DNA of 64,000 nt, taken from Klebsormidium nitens. Lineage: Eukaryota > Plantae > Klebsormidiophyceae. The position numbers and the translations under genes were made by a program. Position 1 is the stretch's first letter, and every line of letters begins with the position of its first letter. The notes beneath the pieces were generated by a model. It saw only the letters and a program-made list of their open reading frames with translations, was not told the origin of the DNA and searched no databases. The DNA lies in NCBI GenBank assembly GCA_000708835.1, contig DF237140.1, forward strand, positions 62,001 through 126,000, read 5' to 3'. Shown here in pieces: positions 31,901 to 43,715 of the stretch.

Positions 31901-32621
31901 GCCAATGATTGTGAAGTGAATCGCTGCGCCCGGCAGAGCAGCCTCGATGTCCTGGGCACTGATGCTGCCTTTCTCCTGCAAGAAAGGAGCTTTTTAGTTC
32001 GTCTCGCACGATTCCATCAGAAGAGCAAGGTACTTGTAAGTGAGCCAAGCTCATGATCTAAGGATATGCCACGGCACATGTACCAAATCCAGCAAGATCA
32101 GCAGTCACTTTCCATGCGGTTTCTTGAGCCAACCAGGTCCAAAAATGGACTACAAAGAGTTGACCAGAGTAAGTTTACAATGGTGGTGAACTTTGAGTGT
32201 CAGAATCTGATCATCGTTTGATCACACTTCTCGCTGGTTGTGTGTCGGCATCTAACCATCATCATATGGTGCTTCATTGAAGAGGAAGGCAAAACTTTCA
32301 GCCGGCTTCAAGGGAGTACGTTTTCTCTTGTAATGGGAATCAGCTCACCTTCCATGGCGCCAGATCCTCATACATCCCTGAAAACCAGGCGGGACATTCT
32401 TGCTCGTGTGGTTGAAATGTCGTCCTGATTCTGACCGCTGCCGCTACGAGAAAAGCCCTTTGTTGCACGAATGCGACGTCTTCCCACGAGGTGCCAACCA
32501 GTACATTGATGAGGCCAACGCAGACGAGCCCCAGGATGAGCAAAGGGCGTCGGATGCAGAGGTCAACGGCAGCCTTCAAGCCTATTGCGCCCGCACTTTT
32601 GGCAGATTCACTGATGTCCAT
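28990..32621 (-). CDS. Glycosyltransferase family 90 (CAP10/DUF821, O-glucosyltransferase Rumi/POGLUT homologue), ~448 aa; exons 32621-32349, 31975-31862, 31421-31116, 30775-30606, 30118-29935, 29565-29428, 29151-28990
   Basis: CPAWFSGMYEDLAPW, WGLLQLLRYFPGQVPDVDFVFECND, FPDWTFWGWPD, AFWKG, YRIYAEGSAWSVSIKY, VYSYMLHLLKAYASL, RPPCIMPP; N-terminal TM; ends in TEEL. Confidence 0.92.
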
Positions 32622-34394
32622 TGTCAAAGTCAAGTGTTAACTTGGTGGTGCAGAAATTTGAAGACTGCAGGTGCTCTCAAAGAATTGATCTTTTGAGCCA
32701 GTTGATAGGTTGGAAACATCCGGTTCAATGGGTCCTTGTCTCACGTTCACTCCTTTGTCAAAAGAACCTCCAAATACAAGGACCTAATACAAGGTTACAT
32801 GAACTTAAACCTATGTTATGGTAGATACGATATAAGGTTACTTTTATGTTACAAGATTGCACCTCTCTCTGGAGATTCTTCTTGAAAGAACAAGTTTGGC
32901 CCCGAAATGCCACTTTTACGGTCTATGTAGTTCAGTCTGTCAGAAAACTACAAACAATTGTCTTGCGGCTTTTGCCAGCTGGGAATCAAGCACAGCCTCC
33001 CTTCTACGACAACAAGGTCAGAGTTTGGCGGCCCAATCGCCTGTTTCTCCATCTCAAGAAGATCTATGTCTTGTTGATATACCAGCAAGGAGTACAACTG
33101 CTTTGCTTCCCTCCAGGATTCAGGAGGACAGCATGCAGTTTGCAATGCAGAGGGCGTCAAACCACCTGGTTCAATGTGACTGAACGTTTGTGGGAGATAG
33201 AACCATGCCCCCTGAAAGACTGCCCTGCTTCAGGGTGGGGCTCTTCATGCCCGTTTTCTGCCCCCGGTAGCTTCGTAAAAATTCTCGCTTGGTTTACACG
33301 CAATGAAACCTTGGTCCTGGGGGGGTTGCGCAGATGAGCTCTGGCGACTTTGGCAAAATGATCATGCCATTGCCAGCTGCCATACTACTGGACCAATGGC
33401 CACATACCTTAAACTGAAGCTGCTCCCAATTTAAACGTTGCGCCCCTACTTGGATTTGAAGCTGCCCCAAACCTCACGCGATCACTGGCACAGATCAATC
33501 TGATCACAGCGGCTCCGGGCAATCACATTCACGGGAGTATCCTGACTGACATAACCCAAAGGTTAAAGCAGAACTGCTATGTATGTGCTAGTTGTGAATG
33601 CAGGGTAACTCGAACAATGTAACTAACCGCACATAACTGGCTTAACTTGTTGTACGCCGGCCAGGCGTATCCATGCTGCAGTAACCGGAGCTTCAATTCA
33701 GACTGTTCATTATAAAGCATGTCTAGCATGATGGTATGCAAAACTGTGCCAGTGTCATATTTCAAAACAGTGTGGCAGAATGGCACAGGTATTCAAAAGC
33801 ATGTATCCATCATGGAAACAGAAGTGATAAGATTTGAGGTGTGGCCAGTGCAATCAGCTGAAAACAACAGCTGCACCTTCAATGGGCATTGAATTTGATC
33901 AGATTGACCAGCAAGCGCCAGATCTGGGAGAGGTCTGCAAGTCAAGTGAGCAAATGCCCCATGTGGTGATCCCGCTGCAGCAGGAAACCGGCCCTCCAAA
34001 CCTTCTTCAAGTTCAAACCTCAAAAAAATGCACACTCGCGTCAAGAAGAGTTCGATCCCCCGGGCAGTCACTTTCCCCTCAACATGCATGGCATGCTGCC
34101 TGGTCAAAGTCGCTTCTTCCTTGGTCAAACCGGTTTCTTCTTCTTCAGGGTTCTTAAGTGTTAGTTGAACCTGGCGATAACCCAGATTGCTGCTCTCACA
34201 ACCATGGCAGTGGTTTGCAGTCCTGAACGCCAATGCCGATGGTTTCTTTTCATCTATAAATATATGTAATAAGCCAGTTGCAAACTGTTCGCCCAACAGT
34301 TTTTACAACCAGAACTTGAAGCGATTTCTCCATGCAGGCGAAGTCCTAGCCCCATTGCACCTGCTACAAAGGGCCACCTTGATTGCGTGCAACC

Positions 34395-37300
34395 ATGCAG
34401 ACCGCCTCATGGCGTCCCACTGCCAACCACAGTGCACGGATACGGGCAGGGGTTTCAGCGGGCATTGATGCTGAGGGGACGAACGGGCGCAGATTGGCCC
34501 CAGCAATAGTTGCCCAATGCAGTAAGCACGAGCTGACACCAGGGCCAATTCCGGCGAAGCAATCAAGCCTGCAGCGGGGGGCCTTGTGTCAACGATTGCT
34601 ATGGGGAGTAGACAAACGGTCAGGGCATATCTCTTGCTTCCCAGCTCACTCTCAAGCCAGAGCATTCTCCACAGAAATTTCTCAGGAGTGTATAGAACAA
34701 TCAGGTGAGCTGAGGTCATCAAATGATCATGCTGATGTCAGCGGGCGTCGGTGGCTTCGATGGCGCCAGGTGGCGCTGGTGTTGGCGGCTCTCCTGCTGT
34801 TGGTTTGGAGGAGACCCTCGCCGGCTTTCGCCGCGGCCGTGGCGGGAGACCAGGGCGCTGGGGCGGGGGGGGCAGCGTTCAAGTTTGGGGCGTTTGGGCT
34901 GCGGGGCAGCTTGACGGATCGGACACCTGGGTGAGGAGTCGTGACATGCGATGCTGCTTTGTGAAGGAGCCTTTTCGTGTGATCAAACCGACCTGCATTC
35001 GGAACCAACTTTGGGGCATTTGGGTTGTGGGCCAGCTTAATGGACCGGACACCTGGGTGAGGAGTCATGACGTTTGGAGGTGATTTGTGAAGGAGCCCTT
35101 CATGTGATCAAAACCAACCAGCCATCGAAAGCAACTTTGGGCCAAGTGCGGGGCAATTTGTCGGATCGAACACCTGGCATAAAAGGTGTCGCAGCTTTGC
35201 GAGGGGGCTTTTGGGCGATTGGAACGACCAGGGGCTCAAAGTGTTCAAAGGAATGTTGAGGTGGTGCTGATTGGGTCGAGCACAGTGTTTTGCTGGTGTA
35301 GTGTATACCACCTTCATCCGCTAATTCTGCTATCTACGTACTTGAAAAATTCTTCAGACGGCAGATTAGTACTGGCACACACCATGAAAGTCAAGAGACC
35401 ACGATGACGTGACATTTGAAGAATTTCCGTGACAATGACTTAAATCTCTCCCCAACTCCCTCCCTGACACTGCAGGCTGGCCTACTTTGCCCTTCTGATG
35501 GCTGCCGGGTGCGGCCTATTCGTGAGCGAGGAAGCGTTGAATGTATGGGTGGGGGGATCCCTCGGGCGGTGCCTGGTGCTGGACGGCACTCGGGAGGCAC
35601 TGATGCAGTCGCTACGGGCGAACTGGGGCTACATCGCGTCTGTCATTTTCTGGGTTTACTGGTAAGCACGGACGAGGATGTCTTGGTTTACCGGTGAGCA
35701 CGAACCAGGAACTTCCCGGGTGTATTCACGAGCGTAAACTAGAATTCCCCAGGTCTACGGCTCAGCATTAAGCAGGATTTCTGGGTTCATTGGTCAGCAC
35801 GGATATGGGCAGAGTTGCTAATCTGATTAGGGACACTGTCGAGGGCCATTCTTTAGCCTACGGACTCCTCTCGTTTTGCATCTTGTTTCAATCGATTCCT
35901 GTTTTTCTTTTCGTCATCCTTTCTCAGTGCGCGCTTTCCAAGACGAGCCAGGAGCCCCGAAAAAGCTCGAAAGGCGTTATCGCTGCTTCAAGCGAAACTG
36001 TCTCTGAGTCGTCCACTTAGTCGTCCTAGTCTCGACCTGATATCGTTTCACTGTACAGGCTCACCAATCGCACCTCTTGCTTTGTACAAAGAACCGTTCA
36101 TCAAAAAATGTTCCAAAGTGGGTCGGCTATAATTGCTGCCTCTAACGGCGGTGTTCCGCTGCAGGGGCGTGTGCCTGAGCGACCTCATCCCGTTCTATGC
36201 GGGCAAGTGGGCAGCCCAGCGAGGGGAGAGCGTCACAGAAAAGGTCGGTAAAACTCCAGAAGTACCAGCATGATCATTTTATGGTGATCGAACTTAGCCT
36301 CCGGTTGACCCAGGGCTCGGGAAGAACGACAATCTTGTGAAGTCTTGGAGAGCGTCACAGAGAACGTCGGCGAAACACAAGTGATAGCAGCTTTCAAGAA
36401 TGTTTGGTCCTCGAAACTAATATTTTGAGGGACCTAGGTTTCAGGGGGAACGACCACCTTATGAAAGCGTGACTCACTCCCGGTCAGGTGTCGTCACTAA
36501 CAATCATCTTTCTTCGGTTGCATTTGGTCAATGAAGTGCCCACTTGATTCTGCTTCGGTGGCAATTGCCTCCCAGCCAAGCCGAATCTGTGAATGAGTGG
36601 GCTTTCGTATTGTAGCATTACATCCTCGTCTTCGAGATCCTCACTGGGTGCTACGTATCTTGTACATCGCGCAGCTTGGGGGAACGAATCAAGCAACTCT
36701 GGCTCGAGTCACGTCAGCGGTCCGCAAGTATGGTGCTTACATCGGGCTCGGTGAGCTATCAACCAGATGAACGATCCGGAATTGTGAATCCGTCGTACTT
36801 ATGCTGGAGCTGTTCTGGAACGTTGGTGACCTTCTCTAATGAAAGCCTGTTTGAGGCGATCACTCCGGTTGCTCCTTCCTTAAGTCCCAACAAAATCTGT
36901 CCTCTTTTCCTATCCTCCGACCGTCAACGTCTGTCCGATAAGACGCCTAGCATCTACCTTTTTGAAAAGCTTTTCCTTTTCAGGATGCTTATCTCCGCAA
37001 CATCTCCGTGATCTTGTGACTAAGATCCGCTGCGGTCCGGTTCCGCTTAGTTGATGCTTCCTGGTTGCGCGTCCTTAACATTCTTACTTCGCTTACAGTC
37101 GAGCGCTTCTCCCTCGGGGTGCGGAACCCGACCGCCTTCCTGGCGGGCTTCTCGGTGAGCGCCTCCTGTGAGATTGACTTCAACCTAGGATTAAATGGTC
37201 TCAAAATCGATTGGACACTATCGAGACGAACCGCCAGACGTGATATTTGACAGGACGCGTATCTCCTTCTCATGGCACTCCTTTGACTTCATTTCGTGTG

Positions 37301-38236
37301 GCAAAGGTCTCCCAGAGCATAGTCTGCACGACTCAGCCTGGCCGTTCCCTTCTTCGGCTCTCCCGACCATGTACAGCAATGGTTTGTATGTGGTCTGAAA
37401 GCTAAGGAATAGAATGGGAAGTAGCGAAAGGCAGTGCTCTGCCAAACCGCTGCTACTTGAATCCACCCGGAAGAGCCTGCATACATCGACAAACGAGAAC
37501 ACATAAACACTCAAGATTGACCTGAATCCGCATTCTCACAGGGCGTGTCTACTTCGACCTTCTTCATTGGGGTGTGCGCCGGCGGTCTCTTTACGCTACC
37601 CCTCCAGGTACGTATTTCGCCCAAAAACTGCTCCGCTGCTGCTTCTGCTAAATTTCCAGTTGGATGCTTCCCTCTTCCTCACGAGGTGTTACTTCATGAC
37701 GCATAGTCTCGAGTTCGGCCGTGCTTCGACTCAACTTCTCTCTCCTCGTCTCTTCAGATGGGCCTCGGCTTTGTGTTGCGGGATCGGCCGGTCGCTGCGC
37801 TTGCAACCGTAGCCGCAGTTGTCGTAAGCCCTGCCGTTGTAACGTCTCGCTTCTTTCTGGAAATGCATTCGTAAAGTGTCATCTTAGCAATGGTCAATCA
37901 GAGCCAATGCTTGCTGTACTGCATTGCTTTTGCTTTTTGTATTGCATCGTGATTCCACCAGTATGAGGCGGACGCCTTAGTTCGTTGCCGTCTTCTTTTC
38001 TTGCGGATCGAAATGAGGGTAATCCTTGGCATCACTCGTCCTTCTGCATTAGAGGAAACACGCTAGCTTTACGGAATGCGTTTCTGCCTGATACTTGTAC
38101 TTCTCGGCCTCATCATTCTTTCCCATTGCAGGGGACTTGGACGGTGGTTCCTTACGCATCGGCGGCTCTTGCGGCCGCGTGGTTCTTTGTCAAGCAGCGG
38201 CTAGACAAGAAGGGGGACGCGGAAGTCGAAAGTTGA
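34395..38236 (+). CDS. DedA/SNARE-associated (VTT domain) membrane protein, probably organelle-targeted, ~389 aa; exons 34395-34930, 35476-35661, 36165-36243, 36675-36750, 37099-37154, 37542-37607, 37758-37823, 38132-38236
   Basis: GCGLFVSEEAL, GVCLSDLIPFYAGK and VERFSLGVRNPTAFLAG match DedA-family motifs; S/R/A-rich N-terminal extension; phases consistent. The start codon is not certain. Confidence 0.86.
35005..36375 (+). repeat. Donor-side junction copies in DedA introns 1, 2 and 3
   Basis: GGACCGGACACCTGGGTGAGGAGTC at ~35042 copies the junction at 34930; TTTACCGGTGAGCACG (~35686) and TTCATTGGTCAGCACG (~35786) copy the junction at 35661; GGAGAGCGTCACAGAGAACGTCGG (~36347) copies the junction at 36243. 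Confidence 0.8.
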
Positions 38237-39385
38237 CGCACATCTGAGAGCTCTGCGAATTGCTCATGAGTAGTCTGAAGTTCAAACTATGCAGCGACGG
38301 TGGAGCACGTTCAGCTGCCGCTTGTACATGCATGCTCTGTATCTCGTGCTGTTGTAAAGGCGGCTGTAAGAAGCTATGCGTGAAGTTTGGTTCGTACGTA
38401 GCATTGTATACATATGACGGTGTTTTGCAGTCACCTTATCGCCGGGTACGTAGCAATTGTCGTAATTGCAAGCGAAAGTCCTGGAGCAGCGGTTGAGTCG
38501 ATTCATTTAAGCTCAGCGAGCAGGCTGGCGGCATGCAAGCCTGTGATTCGCGGAGTTTCATATATATGTAATGTATGCATATGAAGCAATTGAATGCCCA
38601 GATTGCATACATGTAAGTTTCATGCTTTCTTTCTTCATGGGTACTTGCAAGGAGTGCGCGGCAGCCGCGCCACGCACCCGGGGGGCCATGCATTTATAGT
38701 AGTGTACGTGTGGCTCCTAGCTATGCATACCGCCGCCTGGTGCAAGTCTTAATCCTACACATTGTCCGGCTGATTGATGCGTACTGTGCATGCATGAGGT
38801 GCGATTGCCCGGCCCAGGAGTGCGGTCACCATGCCTTGAAGCAGATTGTCAATTGTGAAGGAGACCATGCGTTTTTGCGTCAAGAAGCCCATGCATTTGT
38901 GCCCTGGAACCAAAATAGACTTCGCCTAACTTTGAAGCTAAGTTGTGACTTCAGGGCTTTACTCGATCGGGAGATTGACTGCAGATCTGCGTCTACTTAC
39001 ATCAGCCTATGCTATGGTGGCGTTGCCCCATAACATACGCGACGCTCTTCATCTGAATCGTAGATTGTGGGATCTCTTTCAGCAAAGACAGTATGTCAAT
39101 ATGCAAAAAAGTTGTCTGGTTTCACCTCGTCTGAGTATGGGCGTTCATACAGACGTCTAGACGTTGATATTTATATGACTGGTAAGCTAGACTCTTGTTA
39201 TTCTGACAAAAATAGAATCCAACTACTTGGACCAGAAATGAGCATCTGCATCGCTCAATCCACGTTCTTGTTTGGCATCGGATTGCGATGCTGGAATTGA
39301 GGCTTGCCAGATGCCCCAATGCAACTGACGCCTCTCACCTTATTTGAAGCTTCACTAGCTACTACTGGGACAACTCTGTCGACGC

Positions 39386-42235
39386 TCAAGCCGAATAGGC
39401 TGAGGCAAAGACGAACGCGGATGCGAGGCTGAGTGCCAACAGTGGAGCAGCAGGGAAGGCCTTCTTGGTAGCAAACAGGCGGATTCCTACACAAAGGCAG
39501 AAACACTGGTGTTGGAAGGAACAAGCCGTGCCTTTGGAGGTGTTCTCAGGGGGCTCACGAGAGCCCACTTTGGAAGACTTCTCCTTTCAAAAAACGCATA
39601 AAGGTTGTTCTTTCCGGGGGGCTTCCGGAAACTATGCCAAGGTTTGGGAGTACCGCTTCCAGGCAACTAGGAACATCCAGCGGTCGATTCTAAAAAAAGG
39701 AACAGGATCTACTTGCCAGACGCATTGCTAATCCCAACAATACTCAAGAGGGGTGAAAGAGCCTGAGGATTGAGATCATGGACTTTGACTCCCTGATTTT
39801 GAACCTACAGCCATTCCGATGGACCATCGGAAGTAGAGCTCGATGCAATCCACCTTCACGTGGGGGGCTGATAGCGAGCATGGAGAAACAGTGACAAAAG
39901 CCCGTGTTCTTATAACACTGTGACAGCGACCTGACCTTTCATCGCTCTTCGCTCTGAGTTGCTGAGATTCTGCAGAGTGATAATCAGTTAAAATTGCGCT
40001 GGCAGAGGAGATGCTAGAGCATCATTGGACCATATATATTGAAGAATGATTACAAGCTGCTCACCGAAAACGGAGGCGAAGAGGATGGAATAGCCAAACG
40101 CGACCGCCAACCCCGTCTGGTGAGTGCTCTCTTGACTTTCGAGGTAGTACGCCTGCAACGGCGACAATTTTGGAACAGAATTTCCGAGCGAGTTGCCGTG
40201 ACTAGATTGTGACTGTCTCCACAAAATGGTCAAACTCGTGTCCGACAGCAAGTTGTGTGCTCGAATGTCCCTCTGAAACTGAAGGGTAGAGAGAACCTTG
40301 TCCAAGTGTTCTTCCGGAACGACTCTTTTGAATCCTGCCTGGCCAGTGAATAAGTGCGTGGTTCCTGGGAGGCACAAGACGCGCCAATCATTGTCGTACA
40401 CTTTAGGTGTAAATTCACCACTAACGTATCACAGACGAATCTAGTTGGTTGGCGCCATGACAAAACTCGTGCCTTTTGTAAGCGGGTGCGACGCATCAAA
40501 CCAGATGATGTATGCAGGCAACAGCATGAAGAACATACACATGGAGGATGCATGATCCGTTATCAATGGTCTTCGAGAACATACATCATTTGGGGAAGCT
40601 GGGAATCTAGTGGTTCCACAATCAAGTTTCTTTGTCTGGAAGTGTGCATGAAATGAGAATTTTTCTACTACACCAGGTTTGGAAAGTGTTGTGCGTATGT
40701 GTAGGGTCCTCACCATTGCTGAAAGAGCTGCCCCCAAAGCGCCACTGATCACAGACTGCTTGCTCCCGCTTTTCAGGTCTGCAGGGCAACCAGAGGTGTC
40801 ATTGAAGGTTCTTCGAGTTCCATGCAACCAGGGGGAGACACTTCTGCACAAAGATCAACGATTGGACCCTGCACTATGTTTCACAGCGTCTTACAAGGCC
40901 TTGTATATCGCTTTGAGACCACACGTTCTATACATTGTGGTTTGGCAGATTTGCCCTGTTAAAAGATGCAATGAACCTGAGAAACCAAAAAGCTACTTTA
41001 AAGCTGACAATTCCTGACTGGGCCTGTTTCATGAAAAGTGGCCCACTTCAATGAATCCTTTCACATGTTCAAAGTGTCCCTGTTTGATATAAATTTCTTC
41101 AAAAAGCAGCGATTCCCCACACTGATCTGCCTGGTGCAAGAATCCTCCTAGAACTCTTTACGTTGAAGCTAGTGTCAGACGGTAGACCAAAGAGAAGAGA
41201 TCAAGTTCCTGATGCACGGAACACTTCCTTCTTACAAGAGCTTTGTGTCAGGATTCTCTGCTGAAAGAAGAGCCAGGGCTAAGTGTAGAGCAACAGGAGC
41301 AAAAAACTCCCTGACATGCTTGAATCAGATTTATTGGTGTACCTTCAAGCAGTAGGTATGCCTTTGACCAACAAGAAAACAAGCAACTGTACAGTCAAGT
41401 GCCAAGAAATCGGCTTCTACTCCCCTCCTCAGAGACAACAATTCTCTGGTAGAGCAAAGAGCAATGGTGCATTTGGTTACCCAGAGTGCTTGCAATCGCC
41501 GAAGGACTAACCAAGCAAACAGAAGATTGATTCAGAAATATTGTTAGTACAATCATGACGGTGTACTCACATGCAGAGGTCCCCCCTCCCAGGAGCAGGA
41601 GGCCATACACAGCTGTCCAGATAGACGCAGTTTCCTGCATTCTCACAGTGTGTACTTTAGTGAATGAAGTCAATGTTGCGCTGCAGGACGCAGTTTCATC
41701 ATATTGCGATTAGATAAGCTCTCCCAAAGTTCAGAGATGCTTGTAACAGGATCAGATTTCTGCATGCCACCATCGACGATGGATTTGCAGAAATCAGCAA
41801 GTGTCTTGCTTCTGCAGTCCAGGGTTCCTAGTATTCTGAGTAGGACTATACTTACCACCACCATGCTAAACGACAATTACAAATCCAAGCTTCACACTAG
41901 GTGCAATCTTTTCACAATTATGAATGTCCTACCTGTGACACAGCTTGAGCTTGAAGAGCACCACCACTGGCACCAGACTGCCTTTTCCTCAGGCTAGCTC
42001 CCTTGCCCGTCTCTTTGCAAAATGGACTAGATCTTGACGCGGCGCGTTGGCCCCAAAGGCTGCTGCTCAGCGCACGACTTGCCTGCCTTCTGGTGATCCT
42101 TGCGCTCTTTGGGGATCCAAAGCTGAATGCAGCCACGCAGGAACTCCTCGCCGAGACGTCGGCATTTGAAGAGCTGGCAAGGCATGCAACTGGGGCCCGG
42201 CACAGAGGAGCTCTAACGAACGTTGCGGCCGCCAT
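39386..42235 (-). CDS. FAX4: FAX4-like plastid fatty-acid export protein (Tmemb_14 family), ~206 aa; exons 42235-41933, 41634-41571, 40778-40714, 40152-40065, 39486-39386
   Basis: Transit-peptide-like N-terminus (MAAATFVRAPLCR...), then VYGLLLLGGGTSAYLKSGSKQSVISG, YYLESQESTHQTGLAVAFG and FGIRLFATKKAFPAAPLL, collinear with my recollection of Arabidopsis FAX4. Confidence 0.87.
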
Positions 42236-43715
42236 GACTGATGAGATGTTGCTTGCAATGCAGAGAGAAAGGTGAATAATTCTTGAAAGCTCAAGAGATC
42301 TGAGAAGGCGCAAGCTGATCTCGAGAAGGTTGGCCGACCAGCTCGCGCGCATGTTCGCGGCCAAGCCGGCCGCGGCCCAGCCCATGCCGCGCGCGTGCGC
42401 GGGCCGGCGGCCGCCCCGCCGCGTCCGCGCGGGTTCGGATGGTTCAAGTTCTCATGGTCCGGCAATCCCATGATTGCTGTGGTCAGCATGACAAGCAATC
42501 GAACGCTGATTCAAAGTTACAGTCCTGCACGATTGTCTCATAGTTTACGGTTTGCGGCGGCCGCTTTCTCACAATGAAACAAGCCGCCAAACATGTTCGA
42601 GCTGCACGGTCCGGGTCGACCATGCCGATTGGAGAGGTCGAGACATGCATATGATGGATCAGTCGCATAGAAGAACACAAATAATCTCCTGAGTCGTAAA
42701 ACGAACGTCGCATACAGCTGCACAGCTCCAAGAACCTAGGAAGACTTGCATACGTCCGAACGGATCGGACAACACGACCGAAGCTTGACCACGGATATCG
42801 ATCCATAATATGATAACGACAATCGCCGCCAAGAAATTGTGTAAATCCAAAACAATTTTTGGAGTGCCCTCAATCCAATTTTCTCCAGTCAAGAGCTATA
42901 CGGTCAAGAATCGAGATTCAGGTCGAACTCGGACGCAGATTAACATACCAAGGCATCCCAACCACTTGCAAACTGTCGTGACGTGTAGGCGCCTTGATGC
43001 AAGATGAAAGGTCGTTAGACTTACTGTGAAAGGCAATGATTGTTGAGGACTTTTAGTAAATCTGACACTTCCAAGAATCTCTCACCAAAGTCACCCAAGA
43101 AAACGCTTCGACAAACCTTCGACAAGAAAGACAAGCTTCCCCGCAAACATTCCTCTGAAACCCTCAACCTTCTAGGATGCTGGTCGCTTCTCTCACCGGC
43201 TTCATTACCCCGTCTTCCAAGTACCCACACCTTCCACCTTTACCTATTGGGCCGTATTCTACCGGTCGTCTCATCCTACGTCGCTTCGCCCCTCCCTTTT
43301 CTATGAGCTTTCTGCGATTCTTTTTCTCTCTACATCCCTGTCCATTCCGTTCCCCTCGCTTCACCTCAGTCTGCGCCGTTCCGCACACCGGAACACCGTT
43401 GTCAAGTATGTATACCTCGTATCACCATTAGCATTTGCCTTTTTTTCGCTCCGTCCAAATCCGGGCTCGCCTATTCTCTATGCACAGGCTATTCTCTATC
43501 TCATCCCCTATTCTCTTTGCACTTTCGTACTCACACCCGTCGCCCCTTTCCCGTAATGTTTTGGCCCTCCCCTTCTACTTCGGCCCCTTTTACTTCGACT
43601 CCAAGAAGACTCATCCTGAGAATCGTTTTTCAGAATCCTCTTATTTCGACCCTCAGAATCCTCTTTGACATTCTCACCCCACTCCTACATTCCCCACCCC
43701 GCCTCGATCAAATGC

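Noticed and set aside
33793-34296. 167-aa minus-strand ORF between the GT90 and DedA genes
   Set aside because: No recognisable domain, and it lies in the likely shared promoter/UTR region.
34395-38236. Initial reading as a GDT1/TMEM165 Ca/Mn transporter
   Set aside because: The ExGD(K/R) motifs are absent, and the motifs present fit the DedA/VTT family.
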